A stretch of 64,000 nt of DNA, from NCBI GenBank assembly GCA_050015075.1, contig JBEKCB010000008.1:32001-96000 (forward strand), in the 5' to 3' direction. Of the stretch, positions 38,478 to 47,743 are shown in pieces. Below the pieces are notes generated by a model that was given only the letters and a program-made list of their open reading frames with translations, ran no database searches and was not told the origin of the DNA. The position numbers and the translations under genes are program-made. Within the stretch, counting starts at the first letter, position 1, and each line of letters opens with the position of its first letter. This DNA comes from Candidatus Brocadiia bacterium. GTDB lineage: Bacteria; Planctomycetota; Brocadiia; CAIUPP01.

Positions 38478-38553
38478 CGGTCTGCTTCCTTTTAGGCGAC
38501 GCGGCCAGTAACGTCACCCCAACGACAAAGTCAGCGTGTTGGGATGGAATAAC

Positions 38554-38736
38554 TTAGCCGAACAGCAGAAGGCACCCCCGGCATAAGTTTCTAATAACCG
38601 CCTTCTCCTTTCGGCACTTCGAGCATATCAACGGATTATACTGATAGGCCTTGTTCCGCTGCATGCGCTGAAGAGCGGTCATGTTCCGCGGCGCGCTCAT
38701 GAAAAGCGGGTTGTGCTTCACGTACTGCATGGCCAT
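38554..38736 (-). CDS. Small zinc-ribbon protein (CSKC...CRGC)
   Basis: Strong RBS TAAGGAGG, two CxxC pairs. Confidence 0.7.
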   Translation of the reverse strand: MAMQYVKHNPLFMSAPRNMTALQRMQRNKAYQYNPLICSKCRKEKAVIRNLCRGCLLLFG

Positions 38737-39032
38737 CGTGCTGCCTCCTTATCCTGCGCGGCGAACTAACATTCGACGAACGTCTGCGTTGGGCCGTCCG
38801 CCGACATCCGACACAGCGGGCCTGGCGGGCCGGAGAACCTGAAAGGCAAATCGTCGCCGGTGGGAAAGAGAGGCAGGACACGCCCGCTTGTGCGGGCATC
38901 TGCGACTGTCTCGACGCCGGTTCTGCGCAAATCTGCGCTTCACCGCTCCTTCGTTGCGCCCTAAGTCAGCTTCACCCTACGCTCATCTCCTGCCGAAGTC
39001 AATCTTTATTTTGCCATGCCGGCGCTTTTGTT

Positions 39033-39213
39033 AAGGAAAGGGCTCTCGCAAAGACGCCAAGCACGGCAACTCAATAGTTCAACCGCCAAAACGCGAAATC
39101 GCGAAAGTCTAAGTTGGGAATGGCCTGTCGCACCGCCGCTTTCGTGCTTTCGCACTTTCGCGGTCAAATTCTCGTTTTTGGCGGCTGTGCGACCTCGCGT
39201 GAGCCCTTTCCTT
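39033..39213. repeat. Nested long inverted-repeat element
   Basis: AAGGAAAGGGCTC/GAGCCCTTTCCTT outer stem enclosing CGCGAAA/TTTCGC repeats. Confidence 0.8.
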
Positions 39214-39344
39214 TTCCTGCGCAGGAAACAATCATTTCACAATTCCTGTGGGAAATGTACAATATCAGCGGCCGGCTCCGCGATGCCGTGCAGCGTGGGC
39301 ATCGCGGGAAACCGAAGGCGCCGGCCACCGGTTCAGGAGAGCGC

Positions 39345-40811
39345 ATGCTTTCGAACGGAGCGCGCGTCAGACTGGTGCGGCGGCTGGTGCTGGGCGTCAA
39401 CCTGACGCTCGCCGCGTTCCTGGGACTCTTCGTCACGATCGACGTCTATCTCGCGCGCCGCAACCTGATGAACCGGGAAATCACCGATCTGCAGGAAAAC
39501 GCCACGCTGCTGCTGACGTCGGTCACGCGCCTGAGCCGCCGCGGCATGCCGGCCGTGCAGGATTTCCTCGACGACACCAACGTCTCGATGCAGCCGGTCC
39601 GCGCCGCCGACAGCCCTCACCGCATTCTCGTGCGAGTGGGCAAGAGGAAGCTCGAAGCGCACCGCGATGACCCTTCCGGTCCCGAGGCGCTCGACGAGGC
39701 GGCGGTCGCCGCCTCCGCGCCCGACCATCGCGGCGTGGTGGACGGCGAGCCGGTCATCGTCGGCGGAGCGGTGCGCGCTGACGTGGCCGCCTACATCCTG
39801 GAACCCTTCTCGCAGACTGAGCAGGCCATCCGCCTCATGATCCTGCGCCGCGCCGCGGCCAACACGCTCGTCGGCCTCGGGATCGCCGCCGCGCTCAACG
39901 TCATGCTCCAGTTCTGGCTCGTGCGGCCGCTCGGGCGGATGGTGGACACGGTCCAGCAGTTCGGACGCGGCGACCTGCGTGCGCGGATGCCGCCCAACCG
40001 CAGCCGGGAACTCGGACTGCTCGCGGACGAGTTCAACACGATGGCCTCGGTCCTCGAGCGCAACGAGGCGGACCGCCGCGGCCAGATGGACCGCGCCCGC
40101 GCGATCCAGGACTGCCTGCGCCCGGACCTGAAAGAGATCGCCGGGGCGCGGTTCGCGTGCATCAGCCAGCCCGCCGCCGAGGTCGCCGGCGACTATTACG
40201 ACGTGCTGCCGTCGGGCGACGGCGGCGTGGTCCTGTGCGTCGCCGACGTGAGCGGACATGGCGTGCCCGCCGCGATGGGCGCGGCCATGCTCAAGACGCT
40301 GCTCCTGAACGGCGCCGAGCACGAGAGCGACCCGGCGAAACTCCTCGCCGTGCTGAACGCCGCGTTCTGCCGCGTGACGCTGCCGGAAGACTTCGCGACG
40401 ATGGCGCTGCTCCATTTCACGCCCGGCAGCCCGGCCGCCGCCTACGCGAGCGCCGGACACGAGCCGGTCTTCCTGGTCCATTCCACCGGCCGGACGGAGG
40501 ACCTGAAGGCGACCGGATTCCCGATCGGTGTGCAGTCGCCCTCGACCTGGGAAGGCCGCACGCTGAACGTGGAGCCGGGCGACCGGCTGATCATGCTGAC
40601 CAATGGCCTGGTCGAGACCAAGAATCCCGCCGGCGAGCCATACGGCCGAGACCGCCTCCTCGCCGACCTGATAGACCTGCGCACCAGGCCGCTGACCCAG
40701 ATGCTGGCCGGCATCCTCAGCCGCGTAACCGCCTACCGCGGCAACACGCCGCAGAAGGACGATCTGACGGGGCTGGCGGTGGAGTTCACGTCGGCGGCGA
40801 ACAAGACATGA
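39345..40811 (+). CDS. Membrane sensor, HAMP + SpoIIE/PP2C phosphatase domain
   Basis: Two TMs, HAMP (ELGLLADEFN), GDYYD, ADVSGHG, AGH, DDLT; RBS AGGAG. Confidence 0.9.
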   Translation: MLSNGARVRLVRRLVLGVNLTLAAFLGLFVTIDVYLARRNLMNREITDLQENATLLLTSVTRLSRRGMPAVQDFLDDTNVSMQPVRAADSPHRILVRVGKRKLEAHRDDPSGPEALDEAAVAASAPDHRGVVDGEPVIVGGAVRADVAAYILEPFSQTEQAIRLMILRRAAANTLVGLGIAAALNVMLQFWLVRPLGRMVDTVQQFGRGDLRARMPPNRSRELGLLADEFNTMASVLERNEADRRGQMDRARAIQDCLRPDLKEIAGARFACISQPAAEVAGDYYDVLPSGDGGVVLCVADVSGHGVPAAMGAAMLKTLLLNGAEHESDPAKLLAVLNAAFCRVTLPEDFATMALLHFTPGSPAAAYASAGHEPVFLVHSTGRTEDLKATGFPIGVQSPSTWEGRTLNVEPGDRLIMLTNGLVETKNPAGEPYGRDRLLADLIDLRTRPLTQMLAGILSRVTAYRGNTPQKDDLTGLAVEFTSAANKT

Positions 40812-40982
40812 TGCGCGGATTCCCGACTTCGTGGGAGCCCTGTTTTCGTATTCCGGGATTCCGGAGGCTCATACTTACTTATTGACTTAGGTCTCCAGAA
40901 GTTAGTTACGTATCGTGACGCTATTTCCGATTGCAGACTGTGCTAAGTGACACTGACAATCTCGTTTGAGATGGAGATCATA

Positions 40983-41534
40983 ATGTCAGACGCGAGGCAT
41001 TTGACTACGGCGGAGCTTGAGGCGGGGTTGGATACGATCCGGCAGTCGCCCAGGGATGAAGGCGTGCTGGAGTTGATTGTGCGGCGTCCGCGGACCGATG
41101 CGCGGGAAGTGCTCCAGGAGGGCGAATTGGATGCAGCGCGAGGTCTCGTGGGCGATAACTGGGGGCCCCGCGGCAGCGCGGACGGCGCGCCGGCGGTCCT
41201 CGACCGGCAGCTTACCCTGATGAATACGCGCGTGATTGCGCTGCTGGCGCAGACGAAGGAACGCTGGCCGCTGGCGGGCGACCAACTGTTCGTGGACCTG
41301 GATTTGAGCGCGGCGAATGTGCCGCCGGGCACGCGGCTGGCGATCGGCTCGGCCGTGATTGAAGTCACCGCCCTGCCTCACACCGGCTGCAGGAAGTTCA
41401 CGGAGCGGTTCGGGGCGGATGCGATGGCGTTCGTCAACGGGCCGAAGTGGAAGCACCTGCAACTGCGCGGCGTCAACGCGCGAGTCGTGAAGCCCGGCTT
41501 CATTCGCGTCGGCGACGCGGTGAGGAAACTATGA
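40983..41534 (+). CDS. MOSC domain protein
   Basis: GLVGDNW, GDQL, PHTGCRKF, LRGVNARV. Confidence 0.88.
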   Translation: MSDARHLTTAELEAGLDTIRQSPRDEGVLELIVRRPRTDAREVLQEGELDAARGLVGDNWGPRGSADGAPAVLDRQLTLMNTRVIALLAQTKERWPLAGDQLFVDLDLSAANVPPGTRLAIGSAVIEVTALPHTGCRKFTERFGADAMAFVNGPKWKHLQLRGVNARVVKPGFIRVGDAVRKL

Positions 41535-41599
41535 GTTATGATAGCTCCGGAAGTCAACTATTCAGATAGGCAATGGCAACAGACAAGAGGACACATAAA

Positions 41600-42484
41600 A
41601 TGCGAGTTGCTTTTCTAATGGGAGTTCTTCTCATGGCAGCCTCGGCAGGATGCGCCGGCCGTCCGGACCTGACGCCGCCCAAGACCGGCACGGCGAAGGC
41701 GCCCAAGGGTATTCGGTCGGGCGAGTGGAAACTGGTGTGGTCCGATGAGTTCGATTACGAAGGTCTGCCGGATAAGACCAAGTGGGATTATGAGGAGGGG
41801 TTCGTCCGGAACCACGAAGTGCAATACTACACCCGCGACCGTAAAGAAAATGCAAGGGTCGAGAACGGAATGCTGGTCATCGAGGCGCGGAAAGAGGAAT
41901 TCAAGAATCCGAAGTACGAACCGGGGTCGTCGAGATGGAGCAGGAGCCGCGAATTCGCCGAAGTCACGTCAGCCAGCCTGACCACCCGAAACAAGTTCAG
42001 TTGCAAGTACGGTCGAGTTGAGGTCCGCGCCAAGTTGCCCCAGGGCAAGGGCGTCTGGCCGGCCATCTGGACTCTCGGGAACAATATCGCGGAGGTCCGA
42101 TGGCCCGGGTGCGGAGAAATCGACATCATGGAATTTGTCGGGCGCGAGCCGAACCATATTCATGGCACGGCCCACTACTCCGTCAATGGGAAGAACGTTG
42201 GGAGTGGCGAGACATTGGAAACCCAGGAGCCTTTCGCCGAGTTCCACGTATACGCTATCGAGTGGGATTCAGACCACATTGATTTCTTCTTCGACGACAC
42301 GAGGTACTTCACGTTCTCCCTCGACAAGGCCGGAACCGGCGATGACAACCCCTTCCGTAAACCCCACTACTTGCTCATCAACCTGGCGATGGGCGGCGAT
42401 TGGGGAGGCGAGATTGACAATTCGATCTTTCCGCAGAAGTACTACATTGATTATGTGAGGGTCTACGAGAAGACCGGGCAATAG
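41600..42484 (+). CDS. GH16 glycoside hydrolase (laminarinase-like) lipoprotein
   Basis: WSDEF, GEIDIME catalytic motif, DYVRVY; SAGC lipobox. Alternative start at 41573. Confidence 0.92.
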   Translation: MRVAFLMGVLLMAASAGCAGRPDLTPPKTGTAKAPKGIRSGEWKLVWSDEFDYEGLPDKTKWDYEEGFVRNHEVQYYTRDRKENARVENGMLVIEARKEEFKNPKYEPGSSRWSRSREFAEVTSASLTTRNKFSCKYGRVEVRAKLPQGKGVWPAIWTLGNNIAEVRWPGCGEIDIMEFVGREPNHIHGTAHYSVNGKNVGSGETLETQEPFAEFHVYAIEWDSDHIDFFFDDTRYFTFSLDKAGTGDDNPFRKPHYLLINLAMGGDWGGEIDNSIFPQKYYIDYVRVYEKTGQ

Positions 42485-42573
42485 GCCGCGGCGGGCGGCA
42501 TTGATTTCCTTCGGAGCCTCCGGTAACATGTGCGGCCATGCTGTTCGCGTTTTTTCCATGAAAGGACAACGCC

Positions 42574-43740
42574 ATGGCCAAATCCTCCGCCGCGAGCAAA
42601 TGGACGCCGATCCCCGCCGGGCTGAGCAAGATGACGCTCCGCGAGCGCTGGGTCCGCACGATGCATTACAAGAAGGCCGACCGGCTGCCGATGATGGAGT
42701 TCGGCTACTGGGACGAGACGCTCCCGCTCTGGCACGAACAGGGCCTGCCGCGCACGGTCCAGACCGAGGCGCAGGCGTACGCCTATTTCGGGATCGAGGA
42801 CTGGCGCGATTCGGGCGTCAACACCAACGGCCTCTGCCCGGGCTTCGAGCGCGAGACGATCGAGGAGAACGACGACTACATTATCTGGCGCGATGAGGAG
42901 CGCGCGGTCAAGAAGGAATCGAAGAAGGTCATCAAGACGATCCCGCATTTCATTGACTACGGGCTGAAGAACCGCGAGGACTGGAAGCTCTTCAAGAAGC
43001 GGCTCGACCCGGCGACGCCGGAGCGGTTTCCCGCCGACTGGGAGCGCCGCGTGGAGGAGATGCGCAAGCGCGATTACCCGCTGTGCGTCAGCATCGGCAG
43101 CCTGATCGGCAAGCCGCGCAACTGGGCCGGCTTCGAGAATATCGGCGTGCTCGCCTACGACGACCCGGCGCTGTTCGAGGAAATCATCGAGACGATCTGC
43201 GCCTGCGGCTGCGCGGTGCTCGAGCGCGTGCTCAAGCAGGCGCAGCCCGATTTCGGCGCGGGCTGGGAGGACATCTGCTTCAAGAACGGCCCGATCATCA
43301 GCCCGAAGATGTTCGACAAGTGGATCGTCCCGCGCTACAAGCGCATCACCGACCTCCTCCTGAAGCACGGCGTGGACGTGGTCTGGACCGACTGCGACGG
43401 GAACCTGATGCCGATCCTCGACCAGTTCCTCGCCGGCGGAATCAACTGCATGTTCCCGCTGGAGGTGGCCGGCGGCACCGACCCGGTGGCGATCCGCGAG
43501 AAGTACGGCCGCAGGGTGCTCCTCCAGGGCGGCGTGGACAAGGTGGCGCTGCTGAAGGGGCCGAAAGGGATCGAGCAGGAACTGCTCCGCCTTAAGCCGC
43601 TGGTCGAGGACGGCGGCTTCGTCCCGCACGTGGACCACCGCTGCCCGGCCGACGTGACGCTGGAGAACTACAAGTTCTACCTGAAGCTCAAGCGCCAGAT
43701 GTTCAACGCCGGCGATTTGAAGCCGCATTACAAAGAGTGA
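42574..43740 (+). CDS. Uroporphyrinogen decarboxylase-like protein
   Basis: LRERW, WEDI, DCDGN, GGVDK, GGFVPHVDH. Confidence 0.85.
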   Translation: MAKSSAASKWTPIPAGLSKMTLRERWVRTMHYKKADRLPMMEFGYWDETLPLWHEQGLPRTVQTEAQAYAYFGIEDWRDSGVNTNGLCPGFERETIEENDDYIIWRDEERAVKKESKKVIKTIPHFIDYGLKNREDWKLFKKRLDPATPERFPADWERRVEEMRKRDYPLCVSIGSLIGKPRNWAGFENIGVLAYDDPALFEEIIETICACGCAVLERVLKQAQPDFGAGWEDICFKNGPIISPKMFDKWIVPRYKRITDLLLKHGVDVVWTDCDGNLMPILDQFLAGGINCMFPLEVAGGTDPVAIREKYGRRVLLQGGVDKVALLKGPKGIEQELLRLKPLVEDGGFVPHVDHRCPADVTLENYKFYLKLKRQMFNAGDLKPHYKE

Positions 43741-43968
43741 CGCCGGGAACGGCGAGTGGAGCTTGCCGAGGGCTGACAGCGCGCTGAGTGCCGAAACATC
43801 GCGCATTCTGGCGTCCTTTCAGCGCCGTTCGGCGCTCGCGATTCAGTGCTCGCCGGCCGCCGTCTATTCCCGCTGAAATTTGCGCCGGGGCCTCTTCTGC
43901 GATAGGATAGGCGGCAGGGGTATTGCGTTTCTCTCCACGGGCGGATTTACAGGAACGTCGAAACCGAT

Positions 43969-44922
43969 ATGCGCATTCGATTCAGACGGGTCAAGGACGT
44001 GACCATTCGTCCGACGCACTGGCTCATCTCCGCCGGCGCGCTGCTGCCGGAATGGCTTCGGCGCTCCTACTTCAAGAGCTTCGGGCTTCTGGGGAAGGCC
44101 TACTATTTCACGCCGTCCAACCATGCGCGCCGGACGGTGGGCAATTTCTGCCGCTTGACCGGCCGCTCCGATCCCCAGGAGATTTATTTCCAGATGGTGG
44201 ATAACCTCCTGTTCGCCGCGTCCGCGTTCGGCCGGCTGATGTCCGACGGGACCGACGCGGTGGCGAACATGGTGACGTTCGACGAGCCGAGCGCCGCGCG
44301 GATGGAGGCGGTCCGCGCGAAGTACGGCGCCGGGATCATGCTGGTCCCGCATTGCGCCGCCTCGGTGCTCTCGGCGGCGGGATTCGGCAAGCGGTTCCGG
44401 ACGCTGGTGCTCGTCCGCGAGTCTCGGAGCATGAGTCGCCAGCTTCTGATGCGGCGGTACTTCGAAAAGCTCGGGCCGGAACTGCTCTTCGTCCGCCACA
44501 CCGACCCGGCGGTCGTGGCGCGCGGGATCCTCAGAGCGCTGCACGAGAAGAAGTTCGTGATCGGGACCACTGACCTGGCGCGCAACGGGGCGGACACGGT
44601 GGAGGTCGAGTTCTTCGGCCAGACCGTGTCGCTGCCGGCGTGGCCGGCCCGCTTCAGCGCGCGGCGCAAGATTCCCATCCTGCCCGGCTACATCCGCGTG
44701 TCCGGCGGCCGGATCGTCCTGAGCTGCGACGAGCCGTACATCGAGCCGGACGTAGCGGCCGCGACGCAGCGCTGGGCGCGGTACTTCGAGAAGAGCATCC
44801 GCGAGTCGCCCGCTGACTGGGTCTTCATGCTCGACAAGCACTGGTCGAGCGTGATCGCCAAAGCCGCCTCGGCTCAGCGGCACTCGCCCAAAGGCGCCGC
44901 CGCCCTGCGCGCGCCGGTATAG
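43969..44922 (+). CDS. Lysophospholipid/lipid A acyltransferase family protein
   Basis: PH motif, VEFFG..PAWPA, FEKSIRESPADW...HW. Confidence 0.8.
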   Translation: MRIRFRRVKDVTIRPTHWLISAGALLPEWLRRSYFKSFGLLGKAYYFTPSNHARRTVGNFCRLTGRSDPQEIYFQMVDNLLFAASAFGRLMSDGTDAVANMVTFDEPSAARMEAVRAKYGAGIMLVPHCAASVLSAAGFGKRFRTLVLVRESRSMSRQLLMRRYFEKLGPELLFVRHTDPAVVARGILRALHEKKFVIGTTDLARNGADTVEVEFFGQTVSLPAWPARFSARRKIPILPGYIRVSGGRIVLSCDEPYIEPDVAAATQRWARYFEKSIRESPADWVFMLDKHWSSVIAKAASAQRHSPKGAAALRAPV

Positions 44923-44958
44923 CGCCATTCCTTGACTTTCCGCGACGCAGTTGTTTAG

Positions 44959-45699
44959 ATGCCGGAAATTCCCCAGTTGGAGAAACGAACCATTCTCGCC
45001 TCGTACGGCTGGAAGACCTGGCTGCCGCTGGGCCTGGCGCTGATTGCGGCGTCGGTGCTGAGCGCATTCTATGCGCCCTGGATCAGCCCCATTTTCGTCC
45101 TGGGGCTGCTCTTCACCCTCTGGTTCTTTCGCGATCCGGAGCGCCGCAGCGACGCGCCGGCGGAGGCGCTGCTCTCGCCGGCCGACGGCAAGGTGGTGGA
45201 GATCGGCGCGGCCGAGGAGCCGGAGTTCGTCGGCGGGCCGGCGCACAAGATCGCGATCTTCATGTCGGTCTTCGACGTGCACGTCAACCGCTCGCCGTGC
45301 GATGCCAGCGTGGACTGGACGCGCCACGAGAGCGGAAAATTCTTCAACGCGATGGGCCCGCAGGCGAGCGTGGAGAACGAGCGCGTGCTCGTCGCGCTGC
45401 GGCGCCGCCCTGAGGAAGCTCGAAGGGCCGGCGCTTCGACCTCAGTTCAGGGCCGTCCTGAGGAAGCTCGAACGGACGGCAAGCCGCTGCTGGTGAAGCT
45501 GATCGCCGGCTTGGTCGCGCGGCGCATCGTCTGTCCGCTCAAGCCGGGCGACCCGCTCCGTCGCGGGCAGCGGCTGGGCATGATTCAATTCGGCTCGCGC
45601 GTCGAGATCTTCCTGCCGCGGTCGGAGAAATTCGAGCCGGCCGTGCGGCTCGGCCAGAGCGTGCGCGCGGGCCGGACGGTGCTCGGGAACTGGCGATGA
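44959..45699 (+). CDS. psd: Phosphatidylserine decarboxylase (carries an in-frame palindrome insert)
   Basis: FFRDPER, SPADG, FMSVFDVHVNRSP, NER, IAGLVARRI, FGSR cleavage motif. Confidence 0.95.
   Translation: MPEIPQLEKRTILASYGWKTWLPLGLALIAASVLSAFYAPWISPIFVLGLLFTLWFFRDPERRSDAPAEALLSPADGKVVEIGAAEEPEFVGGPAHKIAIFMSVFDVHVNRSPCDASVDWTRHESGKFFNAMGPQASVENERVLVALRRRPEEARRAGASTSVQGRPEEARTDGKPLLVKLIAGLVARRIVCPLKPGDPLRRGQRLGMIQFGSRVEIFLPRSEKFEPAVRLGQSVRAGRTVLGNWR
45404..45477. repeat. Palindromic element (1.5 units) inserted in frame in psd
   Basis: CCTGAGGAAGCTCGAA at 45409 and 45457 (48-bp period) around an inverted arm TTCGACCTCAGTTCAGGG. Confidence 0.85.
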
Positions 45700-46538
45700 C
45701 CACGAAACGGGTGCCCATCCTGCCGACGCTGGTGACGCTGGGGAACGCGTTCTGCGGCTTCACGGCCATCGACTACGCCATGCGGGCCGCCGCCGATCTT
45801 CCCCGGTTCTACCACTGGATCGGCTGGTCGGGCGGAATGATCCTGGTGGCGATGGTGTTCGACGCGCTCGACGGAAAAGTCGCGCGCCTGGCGCACGCCA
45901 CGAGCGACCTGGGCCGGGAGCTGGATTCGCTCTGCGACGTGATTTCGTTCGGCGTCGCCCCGGCGGTGATCGTCAAGACCCTGGCGACGTACCAGAACTA
46001 CCTGCCGCGCCTGGGCTGGGCGGCGAGCGCGCTCTTCGTGATGTGCGCGGCGCTGCGGCTGGCGCGGTTCAACATCGAGACCGACGCCGCGGAGGAGTCG
46101 CACTGGTACTTCAAAGGCCTGCCGAGTCCCGCCGCGGCGGGCTTCATCGCCGCCCTGGCGGTCAACATCTCCGAGGTCCGCGTGGCGGCCGTAGCGACGC
46201 ACGAGTTCGCCGCCGTCGCCCGGACGCTGCTGCCGATCATGGACGGCCTGCTGGCCGCCGTCCCGTTCGTGGCGCTGGTCCTCGCGCTCCTCATGATCAG
46301 CCGGGTCCGCTACGTTCACGTATTGAACAAGATGCTGCGCGGCCAGGAGCCGCTGGACTATCTCGTGAAACTGATCCTGCTGGCCATCCTGGCGGTGCTG
46401 ACCTGGCCGTTCAGCCTGGCGCTGGTCATCGGCGGATACGTGTTCTCCGGGATCGTGCTGTGGATCAAGGAACTGGTCTTCCCAAAGCCGCCCGCCGCCG
46501 CGAATCTCCCGCCGGCGGCGAAGGATCGCGAAAGCTGA
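45696..46538 (+). CDS. pssA: CDP-diacylglycerol--serine O-phosphatidyltransferase
   Basis: DALDGKVAR..G.ELDSLCD CDP-alcohol motif, RLARFN; ATGA overlap with psd. Confidence 0.93.
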   Translation: MTTKRVPILPTLVTLGNAFCGFTAIDYAMRAAADLPRFYHWIGWSGGMILVAMVFDALDGKVARLAHATSDLGRELDSLCDVISFGVAPAVIVKTLATYQNYLPRLGWAASALFVMCAALRLARFNIETDAAEESHWYFKGLPSPAAAGFIAALAVNISEVRVAAVATHEFAAVARTLLPIMDGLLAAVPFVALVLALLMISRVRYVHVLNKMLRGQEPLDYLVKLILLAILAVLTWPFSLALVIGGYVFSGIVLWIKELVFPKPPAAANLPPAAKDRES

Positions 46539-46753
46539 TCCCGAAGGCAAACTGAGGCCTGCCGCATCGCTCTTCTGCGTAGTCTACGAGGTCGTGAAAG
46601 CGCTTGGCAGGCTCTCCACGGCATTTGCATGCACGAAAGCGGACTTGGCGAAAGCCGTAGCGACCGTCGAGAGTCTTGTTGCGGCTGCTAAGAAGGCCGT
46701 ATAGCGGAAGACTGGGGCGGCCCGAACCGAAAGGGGCGGCTCTTTCAGTCTTC
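46523..46753 (+). ncRNA. Candidate structured RNA of unknown family
   Basis: Several GAAA-capped hairpins and multi-stem junctions found by manual pairing; G-U pairs favour the + strand. Confidence 0.4.
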
Positions 46754-46849
46754 ATGGGATATTTCAGGTCGTCGGGGCTTGACACGTGCGCGACGCACTG
46801 CGAAAATTCCCGCACTGGGCAGGAGAAAGATGCTGATGGGAAATGTCGC

Positions 46850-47686
46850 ATGAAATGCGCAGTGCCGCTTGTCATGATGATGCTCGTCGCTACGTGCGGC
46901 TGCATGTACCTGGACACCGGACCTCGTCAACTGCCGCCTGCAAATAAGTTTACGCCGTTACAAATCTCCATCTTTCCCTATCGTCCAGGCCCAGAGTATA
47001 AAGATCTACGTCTCTGTATTGCGCCCCTAAACTGGGACGTCTACGGTCTTAGCATGGCGCTTTGGCAAGGAGATAACTATACCGTCGCCGGTTTGGACGT
47101 TGGGCTGGTTAACTGCGCGGAGGAGGCCCTCCACGGTGTCCAAGCCTGCCTCTTGTCGGCTGCAGACAATGTGAACGGTGTACAAATAGGGCTGGCGGCC
47201 AGCGCTGCTGGGGGAAGAATGCGCGGCCTCCAAGTCTCAACAATTTGGAATCTTTGTTTGCTCGAAGAAGCAAAAGCAGATGGGGTACAAATCGCGTTGA
47301 TAGGGAATACGGCGACCGAGTTAAACGGGCTTCAACTATCCCTCTGGAACAACTCAGGTGATGCGCGCGGCGCGCAGATCAGCCCAATTCTGAACAGGGC
47401 TTCGACTATGAGAGGCTTCCAATTCGGGCTGGTCAATTTTTCTCAACAGAGTGAAGGTGTCCAGTTGGGCCTCGTTAACATCATTAGGGACAGCTATGTG
47501 CCGTTCCTTCCATTCGTCAATGTGCACTTCTCTCGGAAACAAGCAGCCGAAGCTCTCACGGAAGCCGGAACTCTGGGGCAAGTTCGTGACCAGACAATAG
47601 GACACAATTGCGCGTGTGACAGTACCATGATCAGTAGGCCATTTTGCAGTTTCGTGACTCTCTACCCCACAAGCACCAACGACTGA
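46850..47686 (+). CDS. Lipoprotein with LA_2272-like GxQ repeats
   Basis: TCGC lipobox, repeated GVQ/GLQ..N units, GVQLGLVNII..FLPFVN end motif. Confidence 0.8.
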   Translation: MKCAVPLVMMMLVATCGCMYLDTGPRQLPPANKFTPLQISIFPYRPGPEYKDLRLCIAPLNWDVYGLSMALWQGDNYTVAGLDVGLVNCAEEALHGVQACLLSAADNVNGVQIGLAASAAGGRMRGLQVSTIWNLCLLEEAKADGVQIALIGNTATELNGLQLSLWNNSGDARGAQISPILNRASTMRGFQFGLVNFSQQSEGVQLGLVNIIRDSYVPFLPFVNVHFSRKQAAEALTEAGTLGQVRDQTIGHNCACDSTMISRPFCSFVTLYPTSTND

Positions 47687-47743
47687 TAGCGCCCCGACTG
47701 AGGTCTGGAGGCCCCGGTTTCAAGTCCCGCCGGCCGCCGCTCG

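Noticed and set aside
38749-38943. 64-aa ORF with RBS, and glycine-riboswitch-like words (CGAAGGAGC, CTTTCAGG) in the leader
   Set aside because: Arg-rich composition without coding bias; the riboswitch elements are not in the required spacing or stems. Treated as leader of unknown function.
47530-47686. C-terminal extension of the repeat lipoprotein beyond the usual LPFVN end
   Set aside because: Most simply a lost stop codon; no motif supports a separate domain.
47706-47735. tRNA T-arm-like GGTTTCAAGTCCCGCC after the lipoprotein gene (possible att remnant)
   Set aside because: The T-stem does not pair, there is no acceptor stem, and no integrase is nearby.
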